Part shown: one piece after another, positions 1 to 9,451 of the stretch
How the letters are laid out: the number at the start of each line of letters is the position of its first letter
Numbering within the stretch: position 1 is the stretch's first letter
Assembly (NCBI GenBank): GCA_046290225.1
Contig: JBKAGE010000058.1
Span: 1-61,084 of the forward strand
Length of the DNA stretch: 61,084 nucleotides
Source of the DNA: Bradymonadia bacterium
GTDB taxonomy: Bacteria > Myxococcota_A > Bradymonadia > UBA7976 > UBA1532
Direction of reading: 5' to 3'
Notes under the pieces: generated by a model
What the model was told of the DNA's origin: nothing
Databases searched by the model: none
What the model saw: the letters and a program-made list of their open reading frames with translations, nothing else
Translations under genes and position numbers: made by a program

Positions 1-98
1 TTCGCTCGTTTCGTGTTGCTCATGCCTTCAAATTACCCGGGACACCCAGGGGTTTTCCAGGCCCCAAATGTGTCCAACGCCTGGGGGGATACGCATCA
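1..98 (-). mobile_element. Left end of an IS3-family-like insertion sequence, running off the window
   Basis: The minus strand reads (TGA)TGCGTATCCCCCCAGGCGTTGGACAC, which fits the TG-N18-GGACAC pattern of IS3-family terminal repeats. An ATG (MSNTKRA...) follows. The segment matches 25964-26061 in inverted orientation at 97/98 nt. Confidence 0.6.
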
Positions 99-1998
99 AA
101 GCCATCACTGAGAAGGGCTCATCTGCTTCAAAGCCAAGGGTTTCACCAAGAACCACTTGCTCCCCAGAGGCGTCAAAGCTCAAAGCAGGACCGGTAAAGC
201 CGTCGGCGGTCCAGGTTGCACCATCAATTTGGCCTTCAGTGGCGCCCAGGGCATCTGAGGTCAGGATCCCTCCACCCTCGAAGAAGCCCCAGTGGGCATA
301 TGAGTTGACTGGGGGCTCCATCAAGACTCGACTCCGCTGATACATCAGCAGAGATTCCTCAGCTGTCATGACCCGATCTACGATGAGCACATCATCCAGT
401 CGCCCATTGAAGCCATCCATGCCGTCATTACGTGCGCCCAAGTTTGCATTGGCCATGCCGATGATCGAGCCGTCGAGTGAGTCATACCGCACGCTGGTAG
501 AGATGGGGCTGCCATCTACGTACATTTGCACCCCAGCAGCCACGCCACTGCCATCATAGGTCACGACGGCATGATGCCAGGTTCCAGGGGCAATGAAGGG
601 ATCAGCAGAGGTGACCTGAATCAGCCTCTTTTGGGTGCCAGACCCCCATCCATTGCGCGCGGTAAAGCGCAGAAGGTTGAGGGTGTCGAATTCAATGGCC
701 CAACCCTTCTGGTGCCCAGTCGACTCCATACGTGAAGCGAGAATCTGGTAACCATAGGCATTTCGCTTGAACCACAAAGCAATAGAGAATGATTGGTCAT
801 GCTCAAAGGCAAAAGCGTCTCCAAGCCCAATGTAATCGCCACTGCCTCCAAAATGAGCAACACGGCCCCGATAACGATCTATGATTGATTGGGCGCCTTG
901 GTTGGTGCCATCAAAACCATTCTGAGTGACGTCAGAGAAGGTCTCTTGCTCACCACTCAGAGGCCAGTACGCCAAGATATCCTCGTTGTAGGCCTCATCC
1001 CCAGCACAAATGCCATCGCCGTCTTGATCGTCTGTGAAGTCGAGTGGGCAGATGTCACAAAGATCACCTTGTCCATCACAGTCGACATCTTGCTGATTGG
1101 CGTTTTCGGTGCCAATGCAGTTGTCGCATACATCACCAACACCATCACCATCACTGTCCAGCTGGTCTGCGTTGGGGATCTCTCGACAGTTGTCTTGCGT
1201 ATCCAGCACCCCGTCAAAGTCGGTGTCCGTACCTGCTGCGCATACATCACCTACACCATCACCCTCACTGTCTTGTTGCAGAGGGTTTGCAATGAAGGGG
1301 CAATTGTCGCAGAAATCGCCGAAACCATCCCCGTCTGTGTCTGCCTGGAAGCTGTTGAACACGTCAGGGCAGTTGTCGACATCATCAGTGATCCGATCAT
1401 CATCAGAATCCACTGTAGGGTCACACACGTCACCCAGACGATCCCCGTCAACATCGGATTGATCAGCGTTGGCAACAGTGGGGCAGTTGTCGCAGATGTT
1501 GCCAACACCATCACCATCATCGTCTTTTTGCGCTGCGTTTGGCAGGTTTGGGCAGTTGTCAGAAGCTGCTGGAACGCCGTCACCATCATCACCAGGGTGA
1601 GGATCGCATGCGTCACCCAGCCCATCCATATCCTGGTCCGTCTGGGCAGCATTTGCCAAGGCTGGGCAGGTGTCACAGGCATCACCGATGCCGTCTGCGT
1701 CCTGATCTACCTGAAGAGGGTCCCAGTGGTTGGGGCAGAGGTCTACAAGATCACGAACGCCATCTCTGTCCCTGTCATCTGCAGCATCACATGGATCTCC
1801 ACGACCATCTTGAACTGTATCTATTTGTAATGTGTTGTGATGCTGTGGACAGTTGTCCCACTGGTTTGGAATGCCGTCACCATCGGTGTCTGACATACCA
1901 CATACAACTGTTGGTGAACCTATTCCCTGTGATTGGGCATGACTTGTAAACATGCACAACACGGCCGACAGAAAAAATAATATTTGCTTTCTAGGCAT
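28..1998 (-). pseudogene. Secreted thrombospondin type-3 repeat / LamG-domain protein, 3'-truncated by an IS end
   Basis: Signal peptide, many DxDGDGxxDxxDNCP repeats and one full LamG-like domain ([18 protein letters not shown]). A second LamG domain breaks at ~98, and the last ~22 aa are read from the IS end. Confidence 0.75.
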
Positions 1999-2567
1999 TG
2001 TCACACTCCACCCCATAAGCCTACGCCAACAAAATTTTTAGATGGGTGATGGGAAGGTTTCCTACTGCAAGACCCGCCACCCCGCACAGCGGAAGATTAT
2101 CAGGCTGAAGTAGAGAATCAATTCTTTTTGGGGGGGGGGCTGAACTTTTGGTCAGTTTTTGGGCTTATCTGCCTGAAGTATATGGTTAAAATGTGGACAG
2201 GTGAAAAAGTCGGTTGCTTGATTTTCAGCGAGTAAATTCGAAATGCCCTTCAGCCTTCCAAGCGAAGTGATGGAAGCGACTGCCTTGAATATGGTGAAGT
2301 GGAGAGTGACCCAAAACGAGCACTCATGTGCATCGACCATGACCACCAAATCAACACCACAGTCTCTGGGCCGGCCCATTCTGACTGTGACTTGGCTTGT
2401 AGATGCGCCATGCTCTTGAAGGTACGAGCTGGTGCTGTACCTGTGTGCTCATTGGGGCCAAGCGGGCTACGGTGATCGGGTTGGAGTCGGGGACGAGCCG
2501 AGAGCAAAAAACCGGGACCCAAATCGGAACCCGTGCCATGGTGGCCCCTGCTGCCCATGAGCACGGA

Positions 2568-2600
2568 AACAAAAAAGCCCCCGGATTCCGGAGGCTTTTC
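2568..2600 (-). terminator. Rho-independent terminator after tRNA-Gly
   Basis: Minus strand AAAAGCCTCCGG-AAT-CCGGGGGCTTTTTT directly 3' of the tRNA. Confidence 0.8.
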
Positions 2601-2604
2601 GTAG

Positions 2605-2677
2605 AGCGGGAAACGGGACTCGAACCCGCGACTTTCAGCTTGGGAAGCTGACACTCTACCAACTGAGTTATTCCCGC
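2605..2677 (-). tRNA. tRNA-Gly (CCC)
   Basis: GCGGGAA/TTCCCGC acceptor stem, D-loop AGTTGGTA, anticodon arm TCAGC-TTCCCAA-GCTGA and T-loop GGTTCGAGTCC. CCA is not encoded (CTA follows). Confidence 0.95.
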
Positions 2678-2756
2678 TCATGGGCTCAGCGAAGGCAGGT
2701 TCTACTGCCCATCCGCCCAGCTGTCAAGCCCAAACACGCCCTTCACGCCCGCACGC

Positions 2757-4571
2757 TCACGGGCACACGAACGACCCCACCAGCACCTTCACGTCTGTGT
2801 TGCGATCGTTGAGATCCATCGAGCCCTCGTACCAGGACAGCAGGATGCGTTGACCATCGAACGCCAGCACCTGCCCGCCCGCGCGGCGCTCCGGCGGCGT
2901 CAGCACGAACGGATCCTCCAGCAGCGCCCCACCTGCATCCAGGCGGGCCGCGTACAGGCGTTGCCCGCGCTCGCGGAAGTCTTGCCAGACCACCAGGAAC
3001 CCGTCGCCCACCCGCAGCAGCTTCGGTGCCCGGGCGTTCCCTGGGCTCAGCGACACCTCCACGCCATCCATCAGCGGTGCGCCAGCGACATCCAGCAATG
3101 TGAAGAACACCGAATCCGGCATACCCTCGCGGCGGGCCGTCCAGGCGATCCCATACCCGTCAGGCGTCGTCACCAGCGACGGATCAGAGCCCGAGCCCAG
3201 GCGCTGCACCACCCCCAGGGGATCCCCGTTCACCGCGAAGCGGCCCACCAGGAGCGTCGAGACAAAGGGATCATCCGGGGCGTCCACCCCATCACCCCAG
3301 GCGATGAGAAGCTCCCCGTTGCGCTCCACCAGCGTCGGCTGGCGGGCGAAACCCGGCAGATTCGTCAGCGGCACCACCGGCGTCAGCGTGCCCGCCTCGT
3401 CGAAGGAGGCCAGCTGCACCTCGTCGTCTCGGGAGAAGACCATCGTCACCCCTGCCGACGTGGGCACCATACGAGGGAAGCTCGCGCTGCGCAGGTTGTC
3501 CATGGCGATGGGATCACCCTCGACCCGGCCCAGAGACGACACCCACGACAGTGTGTATCGGCTCGCCTGCACCGCCAGCACCGCGAAGCGGTTGTCCACC
3601 AGCGCGATCGACGAGAGCAGGCGATCCACCACCGAGATGGGCTCGCCCTGGGGCAGGCCCGTCGGTGAGAGCAGGCGCAGCCAGGAGGTGCCTTCCGGAC
3701 CGACGTTGTCTTTCCAGCCCAGGGCGAAGCCTGTGGGCGTCACCACCACCTCGGGCAGCCAGGCGGGGCCGGCGCTCACCGTGACGGGGCCCGTCACGAA
3801 GCGATCTTCTACAGGGCACCGATCAGGGCAGACGTCGTCCACTGGTTGCGGCGCGTCACAGTCTGCCCAACGCCCCATGCCGTTGCAGCTCTCCTCTCCG
3901 GCGCCGCAGGGGCTCATACAGGCACGTGTAGCACCGGGCTCACATGACTCGCAGCCCTCATCCACCATGCCATCGCAGTCCTCGTCACCGGCGGCGGCGC
4001 AGTCTTCCTCCACCGGCTCTGGAGCGTTACAGCCCGTCCAGGTGCCATCGGTGCACTGCTCCTCGCCGGCGCCGCACAGCGTCTCACAGATACGGCTGTC
4101 GCCCTCGTCACAACCGATGCAGCCCTCGTCCGTCATGCCGTCGCAGTCATCGTCCTGCTCATCGCCACAGCGCTCGGCAGGGGCTGGCTGTGGGGCTGAG
4201 CAGGTCAGCCACGCGCCCTGCACGCAGCGAATCTCTCCGGCGCCGCAGGCCGTCTCACAGGGCTCCGAGGCGCCCTCGGCGCATTCGTTGTCGAAGCAGG
4301 CGCCGTCGACACAACGACCCTCACAGTCATCATCGCCCTGACATTCGAAAACGCGCCCTGGGCGGCACTCGCCTTCTACACAAAGCAAGTCAGGACCACA
4401 GGCCGTCTCTGGATCCCCCGCACAGGGGCGGGGCAGGCACTGGCCGTCGTCACAGAGCTGGTGCGCTGCACAGGCTGGCTCACAGGGGGCATCCTCGCGG
4501 CCGGCGCAGCTCAGAAGACAGAGCGAGGCAAGGCTGAGCGAGACGAGACTGAGAAGTGTTCCGGTACGCAT
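2757..4571 (-). CDS. Lipoprotein with Cys-rich myxobacterial-type repeats and a C-terminal beta-propeller-like region
   Basis: Lipobox LLSC, repeated C..CG.GEE.C..G.W..C.AP.P and DDDCDGMxDEGC motifs, and repeated beta-rich units. Confidence 0.75.
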   Translation of the reverse strand: MRTGTLLSLVSLSLASLCLLSCAGREDAPCEPACAAHQLCDDGQCLPRPCAGDPETACGPDLLCVEGECRPGRVFECQGDDDCEGRCVDGACFDNECAEGASEPCETACGAGEIRCVQGAWLTCSAPQPAPAERCGDEQDDDCDGMTDEGCIGCDEGDSRICETLCGAGEEQCTDGTWTGCNAPEPVEEDCAAAGDEDCDGMVDEGCESCEPGATRACMSPCGAGEESCNGMGRWADCDAPQPVDDVCPDRCPVEDRFVTGPVTVSAGPAWLPEVVVTPTGFALGWKDNVGPEGTSWLRLLSPTGLPQGEPISVVDRLLSSIALVDNRFAVLAVQASRYTLSWVSSLGRVEGDPIAMDNLRSASFPRMVPTSAGVTMVFSRDDEVQLASFDEAGTLTPVVPLTNLPGFARQPTLVERNGELLIAWGDGVDAPDDPFVSTLLVGRFAVNGDPLGVVQRLGSGSDPSLVTTPDGYGIAWTARREGMPDSVFFTLLDVAGAPLMDGVEVSLSPGNARAPKLLRVGDGFLVVWQDFRERGQRLYAARLDAGGALLEDPFVLTPPERRAGGQVLAFDGQRILLSWYEGSMDLNDRNTDVKVLVGSFVCP

Positions 4572-4578
4572 GTGGGCA

Positions 4579-5847
4579 TCATACGCGTCGAGTGCGGCAG
4601 TACACCATCAAGAGAAAGAGCCAGGAGGCATGGCCGGCACCGCTGGGCTGAGTACAGCCGCCTCCAGAAGTGGGCGCAGCATCAACATCAGCGCCAGCGT
4701 CAGTCATCAGGCCTGCGTCCTGAATCGAGCCTGCATCGGGTAAGACACCCATGTCAGGTTGCGTCAGCGCAGCGCAGCGACGCGACGTCCATGAGTCCTC
4801 AGGGCACGTCACGGGCACGGCCAAGGTGGCGTAGTCGCCTTGAGGTGCCCAGCTCGAGCCTGACTGGGTGCGAGCCACTTGCCAGTCGGCGCCGCTGCAG
4901 CCCCAGAAGCCCGATGTACCCGCCACCAGACAGTAGAGCAGGGTTGGGCTTTCCAGTGTGCTCCAGGTCTCTCCTGCATCCTCAGAGCGCCTCAGGCCCG
5001 AAAAGGCGGTGCTCACCAGCAGAGCACCGTCTGCGGAGATCGCCAGCGCCGTGGGGCGATCGTCGAGGATGGTCAGGGTGCCCGTCCATGTGGCCCCGCC
5101 GTCATCAGATCGAAGCACGTAGCCGTCGGGGAAACGCTCCAACAAGGCGAAGACGCGATCCGGGTTGGCGGGATCGACCGCAGCCACCACCAACGCGCTC
5201 TGAGGGACGCCCCAGAAGGGGCCCAGCAGAGGCTGAGTGGTCCAGGTCATCCCGCCGTCAGCGCTCGTCATCACCCCATCGGCTGACGACACATAGATGC
5301 GGTCAGGCGCGCTCGGCGATCGGGCCAGCCCGGTCACGCGGCCGTTGATCGACAGACCGGCGGCTTGCCAGGTCTCACCGCCATCTGTCGTGCGGAACAC
5401 ATCGTTTGGTCGGCCCAGCGACGTGGTCACGGTGAGCACCTCGCCGGGTCGCTCCGGGTGAGGGGAGAGCACCCCGGGCTGGTGGCCGTCGAGCGGGCCC
5501 GAGGTGATCGACTCGATCTCGCAGCCGTCCGCAGACATCAGGCGCAGGCCACCCGTGGTGCTCACCAGCCATCGGCTGCCGTCTACCTCTGTGGGCGCGG
5601 CGCTCAAGGCGTCCACCACCAGGTTGGGATCATTTGGTGAGAGGGCCTCGGCACACACCCAGCGCCACTGATCCTCGTCGCTGACGAAGACACCCATGTG
5701 ATCCGTGATCCAGGGCAACGACTCGGCGGCATAAGGGGAGAACGAGATGCTGGTGAGCTGAGGCTCGCTGCTGTGGGCCCAGGAGATCACGGGCGCGCTG
5801 GTGAGGGCCCAGGCGAGCAGAAGGGATACGCGCGCCCTCACGATCAC
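4579..5847 (-). CDS. BNR/Asp-box (YCF48-like) beta-propeller protein with MYXO-CTERM-like anchor
   Basis: Signal peptide and several S/T-x-D-G-G-x-T-W Asp boxes. The C-terminus is GGGC, a hydrophobic stretch, then RTRRV. Confidence 0.8.
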   Translation of the reverse strand: MIVRARVSLLLAWALTSAPVISWAHSSEPQLTSISFSPYAAESLPWITDHMGVFVSDEDQWRWVCAEALSPNDPNLVVDALSAAPTEVDGSRWLVSTTGGLRLMSADGCEIESITSGPLDGHQPGVLSPHPERPGEVLTVTTSLGRPNDVFRTTDGGETWQAAGLSINGRVTGLARSPSAPDRIYVSSADGVMTSADGGMTWTTQPLLGPFWGVPQSALVVAAVDPANPDRVFALLERFPDGYVLRSDDGGATWTGTLTILDDRPTALAISADGALLVSTAFSGLRRSEDAGETWSTLESPTLLYCLVAGTSGFWGCSGADWQVARTQSGSSWAPQGDYATLAVPVTCPEDSWTSRRCAALTQPDMGVLPDAGSIQDAGLMTDAGADVDAAPTSGGGCTQPSGAGHASWLFLLMVYCRTRRV

Positions 5848-7700
5848 GGGTTGCCGAAGGTGAAGACCAGGAAACTGCCTGGGAGCTGGTCCACAGGGAA
5901 GATGGCCTGCAGGTGGCCGTTCTCGAACACCGTGTAGGGCATGGGGAGCGTCTCACCGACCCCCTCGCCGCAGGTGATCTCTACCGAGGCGACGCCGGCA
6001 TCATTGTCAACGTCGATGACATCGCCTGCGAGGGAGATCTCGATGGGCGCGTTGAAGCTCATGTCTCGGGTCGTGGTCAGCACCAGCACACCCTGCACGT
6101 CGAGGGCGATCTTGCCCTCGCTGTACTGGACCGCGCCGCCCATGGCGAAGAAGGAGTCGTCGGGCTCGGGATCGAGCTCGCCGGCGCCGATGTCGAAGCT
6201 GGGCAGGGCCAGCTCGGCCTGCACGAGGGGCATCAGGCCTTCCTGGAGCGCGCCGCCCATGGCCTCGGGGATCTCGCCGGCGGTCAAACGGCCGGGGGTG
6301 ACCACCTCGCTGATCCGCCCGGCGCCGTCAGGGGCGCAGGCCCCAGCATCGTAATCGAACTCGTCGACATTGGGCGCTTCGGGATCCTGGTCGCAGCGGT
6401 TGTTGCTTGGAGGCGGGTAGACGTACAGGAAGTTGTAGCACATCTCATCTTCGGTCCAGGGGCCGAAGGTCACCATCTCGTCGCGGTCGTTCTCGAAGAC
6501 ACATCGAGTGGTGACGTGATCGCCGGCGTTGAGGGTCATGCCTGCGGCGTAGAAGAGTTGGGAGTCGAAATCCCAGCCGGTGAGGGTGATCAGGTCTTCT
6601 TCAGTGCCATCTGCGCGGATGATGGTGGACTCGAGGGCGTACCCGATTTCGTGCATGTGGGGCATGGTGGCCAGCACATGGGTCTCCTGCTCAATCTCGC
6701 ACATGCCCTCGGCCTCGCCGCGGCTGTTGGCGGGGACCCGGAAGCCCTCGGGGCCCAGGGCGAGCATCCCGATCTCGAGGCCCTCTGGCGGGCCGTGATA
6801 CACCCGCACACCGCTGATGTCGGCCACGTCGTCGTAGCCGGCGGTGTTGTTGTAGTGAATCTCCAACATGTACCGATGATCCGGGCCGGTGCGCAGGCCG
6901 CCCTCGGGGAACTGCAGGGCCTGCTGCCCCGGAGCCCAGGCGTAGAGGATGGTGTCGAGGTTGCCCTGACAGGGGATCTCCTCGCCGGTGGCGGGGCCGT
7001 TGGGCACTTCGTAGATCACCATGTGGTGCAGCACCCGAGCGTCGTCGATGATGGGCTCCATCCGGCGGATGAAGCGATCGGCCTCGGTGCCCCCGAAGCT
7101 GTAGCAACGGTAGAGATCGTCGGTGCTCTCGCCGATGGTGCCCTCGTCGGCGCGCCACTCCACCGCGGCGGTGCCCTCAGGGGCGGTGCCCGGGTCGGGG
7201 AAGGGGTCCCGGGAGACGTCGAAGCCGCCGGGGGTGGGGCCACCGGGGTTCTCACCGCTGTTCTCGCCGCAGGTGGCCCAGTCGAGCAGGGCGTTCTGCG
7301 CCATGGCGGGGATCATGGGCTGCCCCACGGGAGGCATGTCGCCCATGCGGATGCGGGCGACGAGCCGGTCCACGGGGCGGCTGCCGACGTCACCGGCGAC
7401 GAGTGCGTCATAGTCGAGCAGGCCGTAAGGCGCGCCGAACTGGGGGGTCTCGCCATGGCAGTTGCCACAGTATGTGTCGACGGTGGCCTGATGGGTGCTG
7501 GCGAAGGCCTCGGCGGTGGGCACGCAGGTCTCCTCTGCGCCGCCTGCACCGCCCCCAGCTGCACCTGCGCCAGCTGCGCCGCCAGCGCCTGCCTCGGGGC
7601 CTGTGGTGGCGCCGCTGTCGTCATCGTCACATGCGGTGAGCGCGAGAGGGGTGAGCACCAGGGCCCAGAGGGCGGGGTGCAGAGCAGAGGTGTAGCGCAT
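5844..7700 (-). CDS. Lipoprotein: cytochrome c domain fused to a copper type II (PHM/DBH-like) monooxygenase
   Basis: Lipobox LTAC, heme motif CGNCH with GDMPP, and copper ligand motifs LHHM, EIHYNN, PHMH and DEMC. Confidence 0.8.
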   Translation of the reverse strand: MRYTSALHPALWALVLTPLALTACDDDDSGATTGPEAGAGGAAGAGAAGGGAGGAEETCVPTAEAFASTHQATVDTYCGNCHGETPQFGAPYGLLDYDALVAGDVGSRPVDRLVARIRMGDMPPVGQPMIPAMAQNALLDWATCGENSGENPGGPTPGGFDVSRDPFPDPGTAPEGTAAVEWRADEGTIGESTDDLYRCYSFGGTEADRFIRRMEPIIDDARVLHHMVIYEVPNGPATGEEIPCQGNLDTILYAWAPGQQALQFPEGGLRTGPDHRYMLEIHYNNTAGYDDVADISGVRVYHGPPEGLEIGMLALGPEGFRVPANSRGEAEGMCEIEQETHVLATMPHMHEIGYALESTIIRADGTEEDLITLTGWDFDSQLFYAAGMTLNAGDHVTTRCVFENDRDEMVTFGPWTEDEMCYNFLYVYPPPSNNRCDQDPEAPNVDEFDYDAGACAPDGAGRISEVVTPGRLTAGEIPEAMGGALQEGLMPLVQAELALPSFDIGAGELDPEPDDSFFAMGGAVQYSEGKIALDVQGVLVLTTTRDMSFNAPIEISLAGDVIDVDNDAGVASVEITCGEGVGETLPMPYTVFENGHLQAIFPVDQLPGSFLVFTFGNP

Positions 7701-7813
7701 GGGGCTCCCTGTTCGTCGCATTGCGGGGTGGCGCAATGGTAACGACCGTGGCCGTCTGTTTCATCTACTCCGTCAGAGAAGCGTCAGGGTTCCATCGTGC
7801 GCCGTTGGAATCC

Positions 7814-8326
7814 TCACAGCACGATCGCCCGCTCGTGCTCCGTGATGTGTGTCCGCGGTGGAGGCAAAGTCGACACCCGGCCTGTGGGCTCGAAGCCCAT
7901 GCGTGCATAGAGCGCGATCGCTGGCGCGTTGTGATCCCCCACTTCGAGGACCACCCGCTCGAAGCCCGCCGCACGGGCGCTCTCGATGGCCTGAGCCATC
8001 AGCGCGTCGCCAGCACCATGGCCGCGGGCCGAGGGTCGCACCCAGACGCCGAAGATCGCCCCTGCTCTTGGATCATCCCACGAGGAGGCCACCACTGTGA
8101 TGCCCACATCGGCGCCGTCGAGCACTGCGATGAGCGTCGCCGTCGCTGTGCCGTGCCGGTCACGCCAGAATGACTCGGGCTGGTCGGCTTCTCGGGCCAG
8201 CGTAGAGCCGAAGGCGTCTGGATCGGCGGCGAGGGCGTCGAGGCGCAGTGCTTTGATGCGTTGCCAGTCGTCAGCAGTTGTGACGTGGACCGTACAGTGG
8301 GGCGCTTCAGCGGGGGTCGGGCTCAT
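7814..8326 (-). CDS. GNAT family N-acetyltransferase
   Basis: VWVRPSARGHGAG acetyl-CoA motif and NAPAIALYARMGF. Confidence 0.9.
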   Translation of the reverse strand: MSPTPAEAPHCTVHVTTADDWQRIKALRLDALAADPDAFGSTLAREADQPESFWRDRHGTATATLIAVLDGADVGITVVASSWDDPRAGAIFGVWVRPSARGHGAGDALMAQAIESARAAGFERVVLEVGDHNAPAIALYARMGFEPTGRVSTLPPPRTHITEHERAIVL

Positions 8327-8663
8327 CGTCGGGATCATCCAGCCAGGTCAGGACCGTCATGCATTGATCGCGCAGGTAGGCCTCGAAGTCGGCCATCTGC
8401 GTGCGGTCCACCAGCAAGACATAGCGCAGGCCCGCGGGGTTCTCCACCAGGGCCGTGCGCAGGCCGAAGCGCTTGAGGCGGCCGTTCACTGAGGGGGTGG
8501 CGTAGAAGCCCCATGATTTACGGACCACATCGTACTCTGCCTCGCCGGCGTGGAACGTCACCTGCTCGTCAGGCTCGGGGTGCACATCGTGGGTGTGGGT
8601 CAGCTGGACGATCGCATCGCCTGCGCCCACCTGGAAGCGGCGGTCTCGGGGGATGATCTTCAC
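8307..8663 (-). CDS. Hypothetical protein in the sugar-nucleotide operon
   Basis: 118-aa ORF tightly packed between the cytidylyltransferase and the GNAT, with host-like codon usage. Confidence 0.7.
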   Translation of the reverse strand: MKIIPRDRRFQVGAGDAIVQLTHTHDVHPEPDEQVTFHAGEAEYDVVRKSWGFYATPSVNGRLKRFGLRTALVENPAGLRYVLLVDRTQMADFEAYLRDQCMTVLTWLDDPDDEPDPR

Positions 8664-8670
8664 AGAGGGC

Positions 8671-9444
8671 TCAGGCCGCCTGGCGTTTCTTCAGATTGTA
8701 GGCCCGGGTCAGCTCCGCCACTGTGTCCAGATCGGCACGATCCGTCTCCATGGGCAGCCGCTCCATCACCCAGCGGGTGCGGACGAGATCCTCGGGTGTG
8801 TCCACGGCGAGGCTTACGCCTTTGTAGCGCTCTGCAGGGCAGGAGACGTTGTGGATGCGGAAGCGCAACGGGTGCCGGTAGAAGTGGGCCGTCACGTGCT
8901 CTCGATCAGCGTCGGTGATGTTCGGATCGTCGAGGGCCCTAGCCAGGGCCGCGGTGCTGACGATCTCCACGCTTGCCCCTGCGGGGAAGCTGCGGGGCAT
9001 CACGTTGGTGGTGACGTCGAGATCGAGGGCCTCGTGCAGTTTCAGCAAGGCGCTGGTGAGCTGGGCGTTGAAGAAGGGGCTGTCGCCGCACACCCGCACA
9101 AAGCGCTCGAAGCCGAAGGTGATGGCGCAGTCGAGGCAGCGCCGGGCCACGTCATCGGCGGAGCCGCGGAACACCGGGATGTCTTCTGAGCGGGCGAGGC
9201 AGGCGATGGGCTCGTCGATGCTGCGGGTCGATGTGGCCAGCACGATTTGGGGGGTGGCGCCACCCTCGACCTCGATGTGTTTGACCCGATCGAAGACGTG
9301 ACCCAGCAGCGGCCTGGGCCCGATGGGGGCCAGGGCCTTGCCCGGCAGTCGACGAGAGTCGAGCCGGGCCAGGACGATCACTCCAGTGGTACTCGCTGAA
9401 GCATCGACCGTGTTGTCTTGCAGAGCAGCCTTGCCCTCGGCCAT
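8671..9444 (-). CDS. SpsF-like cytidylyltransferase (CMP-sugar synthetase family)
   Basis: ARLDSRRLPGKAL, FRGSADDV, VRVCGDSPF, REHVT and LAVDTPEDL motifs. Confidence 0.88.
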   Translation of the reverse strand: MAEGKAALQDNTVDASASTTGVIVLARLDSRRLPGKALAPIGPRPLLGHVFDRVKHIEVEGGATPQIVLATSTRSIDEPIACLARSEDIPVFRGSADDVARRCLDCAITFGFERFVRVCGDSPFFNAQLTSALLKLHEALDLDVTTNVMPRSFPAGASVEIVSTAALARALDDPNITDADREHVTAHFYRHPLRFRIHNVSCPAERYKGVSLAVDTPEDLVRTRWVMERLPMETDRADLDTVAELTRAYNLKKRQAA

Positions 9445-9451
9445 ACGCCGA

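Noticed and set aside
2250..2681. ORFs spanning the tRNA
   Set aside because: They overlap tRNA-Gly and its terminator and are spurious.
5913..7742. 609-aa plus-strand ORF, and similar long ORFs at 24370-25944, 29705-31084, 36836-38515, 54229-56268 and 57529-59259
   Set aside because: Antisense shadows of well-supported genes, expected with high GC at third codon positions. They carry no recognisable motifs.
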